A stretch of DNA of 64,000 nt from IMG/VR virus record IMGVR_UViG_3300021364_000001, positions 1 through 64,000 of that record; one strand, given 5' to 3'. Both the position numbers and the translations under genes were made by a program. This document shows, piece after piece, positions 34,687 through 43,466 of this stretch (positions within the stretch are counted from its first letter, which is position 1; the number at the start of each line of letters is the position of its first letter). This DNA is from a virus. The notes beneath the pieces were generated by a model, which saw only the letters and a program-made list of their open reading frames with translations, searched no databases and was not told the DNA's origin.

Positions 34687-37600
34687 TTAGATAACGAGTT
34701 CACGAATATGGATTGTGTCACCAGTTGCAGGGGGTGTAGCGATAGAGAAGTCAACAGCATTACCTGTTACTGTATAATCTACACCAGGGGTCTGTGCAAC
34801 ACCATTAAGGAATACCAAGACAGAATATGCAGTGTGTCCAGGTGAGATACCAAACGTTTGTGAGGAACCATCACCGCTATACGTCACACCATTATTACCA
34901 TTAGCAATACCAGTTGCTAATGAGTATTTATCAGCGCATCCATACTTACCAGTAACATCGATGTCACCATCAAAGTATGTGTTACCACTGATCTTCAAGC
35001 GGTTAGATGCATCAGGTGCCATACCAATACCATAGTTGGTAGTGCCACTGAATCTGTTAGATGTGATCGGAGTGGTATCACTCAGACCAAACTTATACCA
35101 GGTGCCAGAATCATAGATCCAACCAAGAGATTGACCAGGTGTCCAGTCAATGTTATAGCAAATGTCTCCACTGTTGAATGCAAGACCAGCGTCAAGATCA
35201 GGCAGACCAGAACCTAACTCTTCGGCAAGGAATGTCTGCCTCAGAACAGTACCATCATCGTTCGAGTAGGTAAAGTTCAGAGACTGAATCTGATCCTGTG
35301 AAGTAATCTTCTTCTGGAAGGTTACAGGACCTGAGAACACAGACTCCAACTGGTTAGATGCACCACCGATAACAGTAAGTTTATCAGTCAGCACCAACTC
35401 AGAGAAGGTTTCAATCGTTGTACCTTCTTCACCCAACACATTCAACTGTGCAATATCTTCGTTAGTGATCTGACCCGTAACAGGGTTAATCACCTGGTTA
35501 CCAACGAACAGTTCACCGTCAGAGTTCACACCAGAGTAGTATGCAACACCTGCTGCTTCTTTGAGTGACTGAGACAATCTAACCTGCTCAGGTGAGAGAA
35601 CCTCAACCTGAGTAGATGGGAATGCTGTTGAGTAGTTACCAGGACCGAAACCAAGATACTCAAACGTGTGACCAGATGCACGCAGAATAGAATAACGACG
35701 GAGTTCAATACTCAGAGGAGCGATAGAACCATCAGTGTTGAGTTTCAGAGGAATCTTTCTATCTTCCTCATCACCCAGACGTGCAGTCACAACAATGTTA
35801 GACAGAGTATTTGTTGTGGTGGTATAACCAAGGTTGTTATTTCCTTCAAGCAGGAAGAACTGTGCAGTCTCCTTAGTAATAGACAACTGAGTGTCTTCAT
35901 TAGGAGTAGGACTTGCACCATCAGTAGTTCTAACCAGACCCAGAATCTCATTGTCTGCGACAGAAACAGCAGCAGCAGGGTCATCAACAGGGTTATCTCT
36001 GTCGAATGCAGGATAGATGTCTACTGTCTGTTGAGAGAACTCAAAGTCATCAAAGTTAGAGGTGATGGGAGATACTGACGCAGACAGAACTGTAAGGTAG
36101 TAGATACCATCAGTTTCACCAATCACGAACTCTTGGAATGTTTCTACATCATAGATGTAGTAAGTCTTAGAGTATGCAGGTGAGTTAGTTTCAGATGATC
36201 TAGGTTGCAGTACGAAACCAGTAATCGGAGGACGAGGAATCGGGAATGCATCCTTATCCAGGACATAACGGAAACGATAAGTTCTGTCAGTCAGATCACG
36301 AGCATCAGGTACACGACGTATAAAAGTAGTAGGAGTAAATCCAAGGTTCTGATACAGCGAGTTTGCTTGCAGTGTGGTGTAGATAGTATTGTTAGCGTTA
36401 TCTACTTGCAGATACCACTGACCACGGTTTGTATCATACTTGATTGGGTTCTCATCATCACCTGCTCTTGTGCCAGTTACATCAGGACCAGAGGGTGAAA
36501 TATCAGCATAGTGTGTAGTGGGTTCAGACGCGCCAGCAGCAACAAGTGCTACATATACTCTGTCAGGAGTATTAACATCATCACGTCTTGCACCAATAGT
36601 ATAACCCTGAATCTTGCTAGGCGGTCTACCTAATTCAGAGGTGTAACCATATAAGTACAAACGCGAGTTATCTGCTTCTGCTCGGGTGGCGTTGATGTCG
36701 ATAGTAACCCAGTTAATCGAGATCTCATCAACGTCATCCAGCGACTTGGGTGGGATAACGTGAGTAATTTGTCCTGCCTTGTCCTTTGTGAAGGCAGTTG
36801 CCTTAAATCCTTTTGATCGCAGGGATGTATTTCCGAAATTACTATTACTGTTGGTAATAGAAAGGTCACCACCACTGTCAGCGAAGAAATGATCGCCAAA
36901 TCCCACAGCGAACACAGACACAACCTGAATGAATGAATCATTGGATGCCTTAATGTGCGCGTGACGCCATCCTTTACGGTACTCAGCAAGACCATTAATG
37001 TGTGCGCCAGATCCTGCTGCTTGTGGTTCATAGTTTCCAGAGGAAGGGTTATAAACTACAAATGCACGGTCATCCTTTTGAAGGGAGATGCCAGTGAACT
37101 GTGCAACCACCATCGATTTGAAACCAGTTGCACGCGAACCATCAGCGTGCATACCATTGATACCCCAAACAGAACGTAGGGACATGTTAAACACATATGG
37201 TGACGCAGAGTCAACCGTGTCAATCTCAACTTTAACAAGGATGTTTGAACCGATAGCATTACCTGAGGGTTCTGCTGACATCTGATAAGTAAACTGGTTA
37301 CCCTGTGCAGATGTTACCAGGAACGATCCATTATAGAGTAGTTTATCCTGCTCAGTAGGACCATTAACGCCAGAAATGTTAACAGCGACACCCACGGAGA
37401 ATCCATGATTCTTCGGGTTACCGATCTCGTCAACAGTAAACGCCGTAGCAGTTTGTCCATTTCTGATAATCTGCGATACAGCAAATTCGTCCGAGATCGG
37501 ACCCACAATTCTGTTTTCTTCGATTCTTGCTTGCAACTGGTCCTGTGCAACCACACCAGAGGAGTCAGGAATTGTAGCGTATGCTTTCGAGATCTTCTGG

Positions 37601-38262
37601 TAGTACAGGTTCAGATCATCTACGTTAGCAAACTCAAAGCAAGTGAGTTTGTGGTGAGAGAAGTTAGGAGCAATAGTTGCAATATCATCACCACGATAGT
37701 AGACACCATTGGTATCACCATCGAAGAAGGATGCCTGCCAGAAGTAACAACCACCAGTTAAGTTAAAGATCGCAGAAGCAGTAGGTTCATTAGTAGCAGT
37801 AATACCGAGACTACCCTGTACTGTGGGATACGGGACATATTTTGGAATGAACTTGGTTCGACGTAAGTCCGAACCAACAACAGAGCAACCACGAGGGACA
37901 ATAACACCACCGCGAGTTGAATTAAACCTATAAAGAACATTGCTACTACTCGTTAGGTCAAAGTTAGTATTAGCGTCAAACGGTTGAATATCATTATAAT
38001 CTGCTACCCCAGGTCTGTTATCCAGAACGTAGTCAGAAGGATACAGATAGATCGAGAATGCGTCGAATTCGTCATTACTCAGACCAACACGATAGGAGAA
38101 TCGTGCCACTTCAAGAAACGCACGTTGTAATGTCTTAAACGGACGCAATGCCGAGTTACCTCGGTTATCATATGCGTCCGATGCATCGAAGTCGTCAGGG
38201 TTGACGTAGATAATACGTCCAGTCCTAGACGTGATGATATTTTTAAGACGAGTTAGTGCCAT
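34687..38262 (-). CDS. Large structural protein with N-terminal beta-helix/tailspike-like region
   Basis: IIYVNP.D.DASD...GNSALRPFKTLQRA...VPRGCSVVGSDLRRT. Confidence 0.85.
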   Translation of the reverse strand: MALTRLKNIITSRTGRIIYVNPDDFDASDAYDNRGNSALRPFKTLQRAFLEVARFSYRVGLSNDEFDAFSIYLYPSDYVLDNRPGVADYNDIQPFDANTNFDLTSSSNVLYRFNSTRGGVIVPRGCSVVGSDLRRTKFIPKYVPYPTVQGSLGITATNEPTASAIFNLTGGCYFWQASFFDGDTNGVYYRGDDIATIAPNFSHHKLTCFEFANVDDLNLYYQKISKAYATIPDSSGVVAQDQLQARIEENRIVGPISDEFAVSQIIRNGQTATAFTVDEIGNPKNHGFSVGVAVNISGVNGPTEQDKLLYNGSFLVTSAQGNQFTYQMSAEPSGNAIGSNILVKVEIDTVDSASPYVFNMSLRSVWGINGMHADGSRATGFKSMVVAQFTGISLQKDDRAFVVYNPSSGNYEPQAAGSGAHINGLAEYRKGWRHAHIKASNDSFIQVVSVFAVGFGDHFFADSGGDLSITNSNSNFGNTSLRSKGFKATAFTKDKAGQITHVIPPKSLDDVDEISINWVTIDINATRAEADNSRLYLYGYTSELGRPPSKIQGYTIGARRDDVNTPDRVYVALVAAGASEPTTHYADISPSGPDVTGTRAGDDENPIKYDTNRGQWYLQVDNANNTIYTTLQANSLYQNLGFTPTTFIRRVPDARDLTDRTYRFRYVLDKDAFPIPRPPITGFVLQPRSSETNSPAYSKTYYIYDVETFQEFVIGETDGIYYLTVLSASVSPITSNFDDFEFSQQTVDIYPAFDRDNPVDDPAAAVSVADNEILGLVRTTDGASPTPNEDTQLSITKETAQFFLLEGNNNLGYTTTTNTLSNIVVTARLGDEEDRKIPLKLNTDGSIAPLSIELRRYSILRASGHTFEYLGFGPGNYSTAFPSTQVEVLSPEQVRLSQSLKEAAGVAYYSGVNSDGELFVGNQVINPVTGQITNEDIAQLNVLGEEGTTIETFSELVLTDKLTVIGGASNQLESVFSGPVTFQKKITSQDQIQSLNFTYSNDDGTVLRQTFLAEELGSGLPDLDAGLAFNSGDICYNIDWTPGQSLGWIYDSGTWYKFGLSDTTPITSNRFSGTTNYGIGMAPDASNRLKISGNTYFDGDIDVTGKYGCADKYSLATGIANGNNGVTYSGDGSSQTFGISPGHTAYSVLVFLNGVAQTPGVDYTVTGNAVDFSIATPPATGDTIHIRELVI

Positions 38263-38303
38263 TTATCGGTATTCCGTACTAGGGTCGCGGTTAGTCTCAG
38301 GAC

Positions 38304-38311
38304 TATTTATT
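38304..38311 (-). promoter_or_regulatory. Late promoter AATAAATA
   Basis: Plus strand tatttatt, about 40 nt upstream of the 38262 start. Confidence 0.65.
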
Positions 38312-40526
38312 AAGGTGTACCAGTGCCACCACCATCGTCTGCATCCTTAGCGTTCAGCAGGAAGGTGTAATCCTCAGATACAGTCTCGAAACCATCAACA
38401 ACGTAGGAAAGATCCCCAGCAGAAGAATAAACCAACAGGTTTTGACCAGGACCAACAACAATGCCAGTCACTTTGTCGTACTGATTAGCAGCAACCTGAA
38501 CATCGTATGCAATATAGTCTTCTGCATTAGCATAAGTCACTGCGGTTGCACCTACCTGATCCCCAGTACCAATACCATTGGTATCGAATGTCAGGTTTGC
38601 AGCACCACCGCCACCAAGCACAGCGTCAGTCAGTGTAAGAGTTTCAGCATCTGCATAATCCTTACCACCGTTGACCAAAGTAACAGTAGCAGCACCAGAA
38701 CCATCAACACTAACATCTACTACAAGACCTGTTCCGCTACCACCAGTAGGAGACAGACCAGCATAATCCCCAGTAGCACGAGAAGCATCAGCAGCACTAA
38801 CGTTGTTTAGAGCAAGAACTTTACCAGTGACAACCTGAGTCATGGTACGGTTACCATTAATCAGTGTCGGTGTATCGTAGAACTGATCATTAACTTCAAA
38901 TGGTTCAGAATCACCATCAAGGGAGATCTTCAATACATTACGATCAGCATCAAAGTCATGTACGAAACCCCAAGGACCAGGAGTTACACCACCTGTTTGA
39001 ATAGTATACGTTGTACCACCAATAGTAAATTGGTCAGCAGCAGCAAATGTTTCACCACGAAGTTGATAGATGTAGATCTCTTCGTAAGGAGGATTCAGTT
39101 CCGTTCCCAGTGCATGACCAAATCCAGCATTAGCATCAGCAGTGTTAGCAACAGCAGGTTCTGCATATGCATATAGGTTCAATGCAGTTGCTTCACTAAT
39201 TACAATTTCAAGGTAACCATCAGTTCCAGCAGTACCACCCTTAGTAACACCAGTGGTATATTCAACACCAGTCAAACTTTGTGTACCATCATCTTCTTCC
39301 GAAAGTCGGAAAGGATGACCAGTATTAGAAACATCAGACTGATCATAGCGATAGGTTCTTTCGTTATCGAAACGAACAATGGCAGCACCAATAATAGGGA
39401 ACTCATAAGGACCTGCAATATCACCTTGGGAGATGATAAAGCGTTCGTTGTTCTCAATGTTATTAGTACCCTGAGAGAAGTTCAGGTCAATAGTTGCAGA
39501 AGAGTCGCCGCCCTGAACGCTCTCTGCTTCACTCCACCAGTTCAGATAATAATCACCAGAGTCAGTGAGTTGAGTAATACTAGTACCATCAGTGTGGTCA
39601 ACAGCAGATGTACCATACTGACCACGAGTAACAGTCAGATCATTACCTGCGACAGTTTCAATATAAAGAATTTCATTGGAGATCCTAATATAAGAACCTT
39701 CCAGGAAACCAGTTGCATCAGTTACTGTAAGGGTAACATCAGCAGCAGCATAAGTAGCACCTTCATTAATCGTCGTAGTCGTTGCAGAATCAATGAACGA
39801 CTTGGCAAAAGTACCAGCACTGAGAGCACTTGCGGTTGTGCCGTATACACCACGAGTAACAGTCAATGTATTGCTGTTGGTATCAATACCAGAAGGATCA
39901 ATTTGAATGATCTCAGTACCTGTTTCTGTGGGATCAGACGATATAAACAGAAGTGTATTATCAGCAAGACCAGTATTACGAGAAACTTGTACTGTGGTTG
40001 CGGCAGCGCCAACATCAGGAGTTGTCATATACAGGGTGCCTGTGCCACCATCATAGGCACGAAGAGTACCAGTCAGACTAGATGTTGCACCAGTAATGGT
40101 TTCACCTATCTCAAAAATACCAATCAGGTTATCAACCAGAGTATCAATAGGATATACTCTATCAACTTGAACGTATCTGTTTACTGTTGCAGTATCCTTA
40201 TACACATCCAGCAGTTTAGCAATACCACCGTTGATAGATGCTAGGTCAGTACCAGGAACGGCAGCACTAAACGTAATGCCAGGGTTAATTTTCAGTTTAT
40301 ATCCACTGATCGGGTTGCCCTTCTGAAACTTATACTGAGAAGGTTCGTTACCATCCAGTGTAAGAATCTGATCGTAATTTCTCAGGGCAGTGCGATAAGT
40401 TGCTGCTGAACCACTCTGGTTAGCAACAGTCATCACTGTCGATGCAGTGCTTTCAATATCAACTCGATAGAGTTCTGTATTAGTAGTGGCAGCGGGTTTT
40501 GACGCTGCGAGTCTTCCTGCTGTCAT
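38310..40526 (-). CDS. Virion structural protein
   Basis: MTAGRLAASKPAATTNT.LY; two repeated TTINEG/T.V...LTV.DATGF...I.I.NEI......N.LTV.RG.YGT.A units. Confidence 0.85.
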   Translation of the reverse strand: MTAGRLAASKPAATTNTELYRVDIESTASTVMTVANQSGSAATYRTALRNYDQILTLDGNEPSQYKFQKGNPISGYKLKINPGITFSAAVPGTDLASINGGIAKLLDVYKDTATVNRYVQVDRVYPIDTLVDNLIGIFEIGETITGATSSLTGTLRAYDGGTGTLYMTTPDVGAAATTVQVSRNTGLADNTLLFISSDPTETGTEIIQIDPSGIDTNSNTLTVTRGVYGTTASALSAGTFAKSFIDSATTTTINEGATYAAADVTLTVTDATGFLEGSYIRISNEILYIETVAGNDLTVTRGQYGTSAVDHTDGTSITQLTDSGDYYLNWWSEAESVQGGDSSATIDLNFSQGTNNIENNERFIISQGDIAGPYEFPIIGAAIVRFDNERTYRYDQSDVSNTGHPFRLSEEDDGTQSLTGVEYTTGVTKGGTAGTDGYLEIVISEATALNLYAYAEPAVANTADANAGFGHALGTELNPPYEEIYIYQLRGETFAAADQFTIGGTTYTIQTGGVTPGPWGFVHDFDADRNVLKISLDGDSEPFEVNDQFYDTPTLINGNRTMTQVVTGKVLALNNVSAADASRATGDYAGLSPTGGSGTGLVVDVSVDGSGAATVTLVNGGKDYADAETLTLTDAVLGGGGAANLTFDTNGIGTGDQVGATAVTYANAEDYIAYDVQVAANQYDKVTGIVVGPGQNLLVYSSAGDLSYVVDGFETVSEDYTFLLNAKDADDGGGTGTP

Positions 40527-40533
40527 TTGTTAA

Positions 40534-41868
40534 TTACCATCCTGCCTGAAAATAAGATTGGAGTCTGAGTTGCCCACCAAGAACGGGAGCAGAGAGAGCA
40601 CCACCGAAACTAACACCCACTGCTTCAATGTTATTTGTAGAAAGCAGAGTAGCATTACCTGCGGGGAACCTAATAGTTACATCGTCCTCAATGTTCGATG
40701 CGTCAATAGTAATGATACCGTTGAGATTATCAGGATTGTTAATCCTCATATACTCCATCGTCTTGTTCGCAAGAGTTTGTGTTGCTCTTTCTGCGACGAT
40801 GACGTTTTGACTAGTACCATTATTTAGAGGGGCAACCACAGAACCCTCAGGGAATGTCCAAGAGTAGTTCGTGTTGTCGTTTAGGTTGCCAAGGTTGAAT
40901 GTAATCTTCTTGGATGACTCCGCAGTGTCCTCGAAGATAGCACCTTTATATACCTTGTTAGTAAGAGTTTGTGTTGATGCCTCACCAACAACTGTGACGT
41001 TCAAGTCGGGGAACGTAACAGTTCTATTACTAGTGAGAACACTGGAATTGAAGATTACATAATGAGTGGGATCATTCTCATCAGTAGAAGGAGTGTTTGA
41101 GAACGTGGGATTAACCATGTTCTTGTTATACACATCCTGCTGTGTCACATCATCCAACAGTGTGGACTGCGAAACAGCAACACCAAAGTCAGGTAGACGA
41201 TAAATGTGCTGACCAGGTGCATCCCAGGCATCAGTCTCAAACTTAGCAATCTTAGCAGTATCAGTAGAACCTGTGATGCTAAGATCAGTGTCTTTGATGA
41301 TGATAGTCTTGTTCGTAATCGACTGATAGGTATCAGTAGCGACGAACGTTGTGACTGTATTTCCACCGACAGAAGGGAAGTCGAATCGCTTCGTACCACC
41401 TGCGGTAGAAACAGTGTCTACGTTGAATACAACTCTCTTAGAGGCATTTTGATCACCAACAAAGTAGGTTGCAGAGTCAGTAAACTGTGCTTGTCCAGTA
41501 ACACTGAAATATCCAGATCCTTGCGGTTGAATAAACAGGTTAGCATTGGCAGCAGCACTGTCCTGAATTGCCATTCTGATGGTAGAAGAACCATCAGAGT
41601 TAGAGATTCTGGACTGATACAATGACGCACTACCAAATGTAATGCCGATTTCGTTGACCGCCGATTGGAATAAACCAGTATCTCGGTCCAAGTCAAACGC
41701 CATGCCTGGCGCAGACGCAGATCCCGCAGCGATAGATCTAAAAAGTTGATTAACCTTAGACTTCCTGTTGGGAATCAGCGGGTCCGAGATAACAATCGGG
41801 AGAATTGCTTCTCCCGTTACCAGTTCATCAGCAATCGTATCAAGTTGTGATATTCTTTTAGTACCCAC
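40534..41868 (-). CDS. Virion structural/tail fibre protein
   Basis: MGTKRISQL...GSASAPGMAFDLDRDTGLF; repeated (S/T)QTLTNK linkers. Confidence 0.85.
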   Translation of the reverse strand: MGTKRISQLDTIADELVTGEAILPIVISDPLIPNRKSKVNQLFRSIAAGSASAPGMAFDLDRDTGLFQSAVNEIGITFGSASLYQSRISNSDGSSTIRMAIQDSAAANANLFIQPQGSGYFSVTGQAQFTDSATYFVGDQNASKRVVFNVDTVSTAGGTKRFDFPSVGGNTVTTFVATDTYQSITNKTIIIKDTDLSITGSTDTAKIAKFETDAWDAPGQHIYRLPDFGVAVSQSTLLDDVTQQDVYNKNMVNPTFSNTPSTDENDPTHYVIFNSSVLTSNRTVTFPDLNVTVVGEASTQTLTNKVYKGAIFEDTAESSKKITFNLGNLNDNTNYSWTFPEGSVVAPLNNGTSQNVIVAERATQTLANKTMEYMRINNPDNLNGIITIDASNIEDDVTIRFPAGNATLLSTNNIEAVGVSFGGALSAPVLGGQLRLQSYFQAGW

Positions 41869-41898
41869 TGAGACTCACTTGGCGCTGTTCTTCCCTGT

Positions 41899-41906
41899 TA
41901 TTTATA
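41899..41906 (-). promoter_or_regulatory. Late promoter TATAAATA
   Basis: Plus strand tatttata, about 30 nt upstream of the 41868 start. Confidence 0.8.
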
Positions 41907-42195
41907 AGGTAACATCTCTGTGTCCTTTCGCTAATGACAGGGCATCTGCATAGCGATCAGCATGTCGCTGATGGTACTCTCGCGCTTCGTCAAGTTCCGC
42001 CAAGAATTCTTCATAGAACTGACGTGGACTGACATCCTCATCATTGAAGTAATCATTGATGCAGTCAGCAAGACGGTCCCTACGCTGTTTAGCATAGATC
42101 TTGTTGTTGAATTCAACAGGATCAGGACTAACGATCTTAGGAATACCTTCTTGGGCATCTTTGAGGATCTCTTGATAGAACTGGTCGTCGCTCAT
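41902..42195 (-). CDS. Hypothetical protein
   Basis: 97-aa ORF downstream of a sigma70-type promoter. Confidence 0.8.
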   Translation of the reverse strand: MSDDQFYQEILKDAQEGIPKIVSPDPVEFNNKIYAKQRRDRLADCINDYFNDEDVSPRQFYEEFLAELDEAREYHQRHADRYADALSLAKGHRDVTL

Positions 42196-42419
42196 TGCGC
42201 TTCCTTCACACGGACCTCAATAGTATAGGCAGGTTGGGCAGATTTGTCAACCTTGCCCCAGTGCCTGATCACCCCTGCCACAATGAAACAGTTAGTGACA
42301 AAATAAGTGAGAAGTACAGCAGTGCGTATACAAGCAATGATGTCTGCCTCTCGTTCATCTCTACCTTCCTTCTGTCCGAGTGCCTTTGCCCAGAGTCTCC
42401 ACATATTTCTTTCTTCCAA
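42192..42419 (-). CDS. Small membrane protein
   Basis: MWRLWAKALG.K...D.EAD..A.IRT....TY.VTN.FI.AGVIRHW pattern recalled from marine phage hypotheticals. Confidence 0.7.
   Translation of the reverse strand: MEERNMWRLWAKALGQKEGRDEREADIIACIRTAVLLTYFVTNCFIVAGVIRHWGKVDKSAQPAYTIEVRVKEAQ
42222..42250 (-). promoter_or_regulatory. sigma70-type promoter (TTGACA-17-TATACT)
   Basis: Plus strand agtata 42222-27 and tgtcaa 42245-50. Confidence 0.8.
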
Positions 42420-42491
42420 CTCCCCCTCCTGGGATCGAACCAGGGACCAAACGATTAACAGTCGTTCGCTCTACCGCTGAGCTAAGGAGGA
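42420..42491 (-). tRNA. trnN: tRNA-Asn (GTT)
   Basis: TCCTCCTTAGCTCAGCGGTAGAGCGAACGACTGTTAATCGTTTGGTCCCTGGTTCGATCCCAGGAGGGGGAG; cloverleaf with GTT anticodon and TTCGA T-loop; no encoded CCA. Confidence 0.95.
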
Positions 42492-42496
42492 ACGAG

Positions 42497-42570
42497 AGCC
42501 TGATAACGGACTTGAACCGTTGACCTACGGTTTACAAAACCGTTGCTCTATCCAGCTGAGCTAATCAGGC
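42497..42570 (-). tRNA. trnT: tRNA-Thr (TGT)
   Basis: GCCTGATTAGCTCAGCTGGATAGAGCAACGGTTTTGTAAACCGTAGGTCAACGGTTCAAGTCCGTTATCAGGCT; anticodon TGT; no encoded CCA. Confidence 0.95.
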
Positions 42571-42830
42571 ACGTCTTGATAGTTCTCAATAAGATGAGAC
42601 ATCTCAAAGAGAACTGGATGCATTTCCTCAGCAATCAGATAGTCAGACCATCTATATAGGTCTTCCATCTTTATGTGAGGATTGGTGTTTGCTTGTGCAA
42701 TAACGTCTCCATCATGGGGATCAAACCCTTCATCCTCAAAGGTGAAGGGCAGTCCATTGATCATAAAGACATTAACTATACATTCACATGAATCAAGATA
42801 ACAAAAAGCGTTAGTTACTTTGTACTTCAT
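42561..42830 (-). CDS. Hypothetical protein
   Basis: 89-aa ORF whose 3' end touches the tRNA-Thr 5' end. Confidence 0.75.
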   Translation of the reverse strand: MKYKVTNAFCYLDSCECIVNVFMINGLPFTFEDEGFDPHDGDVIAQANTNPHIKMEDLYRWSDYLIAEEMHPVLFEMSHLIENYQDVPD

Positions 42831-43035
42831 GTGCTTCCTCTTCCATCAACTTGGCGATACGATGCTCAATACTTGCTAATGCTTGTTTGACTGTATCTGC
42901 CTTGTTACTATGTAGTGTGGAACCGTCTTCGTATGCAAGAAGTGTATAGTGCCATTGGCAATCGATGTCACTATACCACATCTTTATGTCAAGATTCAAG
43001 TTCCTTCTGCATGGTGCTAAGTTCCTCGTTGACAT
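42811..43035 (-). CDS. Small hypothetical protein (possible DUF1508/YegP-like fold)
   Basis: MWYSDIDCQWHYTLLAYEDGSTLHSNKADTVKQALASIE; start uncertain (43035 or 42981). Confidence 0.55.
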   Translation of the reverse strand: MSTRNLAPCRRNLNLDIKMWYSDIDCQWHYTLLAYEDGSTLHSNKADTVKQALASIEHRIAKLMEEEAHEVQSN

Positions 43036-43270
43036 ACTGTCGTACTCCTGCTGGATCGGGTTGCCACCCCTCTGGCATAGGGAGGGGTGGGTTATTAGCA
43101 GTCTCAATTACAGAGAGTGCCTTTTCATAATCAGGAACGGGAACCATTAGAACTGATGGTTTCCCCTCCTGAGTGATCTTAATTGTATGACCCCTCTCAC
43201 ATAGCGTCAAGCAGAAATCGAAATTCTCCTCAATTTCTTCCAATTTGACTTCGATGATCTGTGCGTTCAT
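42989..43270 (-). CDS. Phd/YefM antitoxin-like protein
   Basis: IEVKLEEIEENFDFCLTLCERGHTIKITQEGKPSVLMVPVPDYE fits the Phd/YefM DNA-binding domain pattern. Confidence 0.65.
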   Translation of the reverse strand: MNAQIIEVKLEEIEENFDFCLTLCERGHTIKITQEGKPSVLMVPVPDYEKALSVIETANNPPLPMPEGWQPDPAGVRQYVNEELSTMQKELES

Positions 43271-43271
43271 A

Positions 43272-43466
43272 TCAGTTGAAAATATAGGTACGGTCCTCAG
43301 AGTCTAGTTTTTCTTGGAGGAAGGAACTGATGGTAGCAAAACCCTCAGCACCGTCTTCATTCCACTCGAACTGAACAGACTCTTGATAACCACAGTCATC
43401 TTCAATAACGATCTTACGCTCGTTGAAGTGAATGTAGGCGTGGTTGACGAAGTTAGGAGACATCAT
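43272..43466 (-). CDS. Hypothetical protein
   Basis: Probable start MMSPNFVNH at 43466, overlapping the gp5 stop. Confidence 0.7.
   Translation of the reverse strand: MMSPNFVNHAYIHFNERKIVIEDDCGYQESVQFEWNEDGAEGFATISSFLQEKLDSEDRTYIFN

Noticed and set aside
42192-42830. Known cyanophage ncRNA motifs (manA, wcaG, PhotoRC-II) near the tRNAs
   Set aside because: The flanks are occupied by ORFs and I could not recognise these motifs by eye; an Infernal/Rfam scan would be needed.
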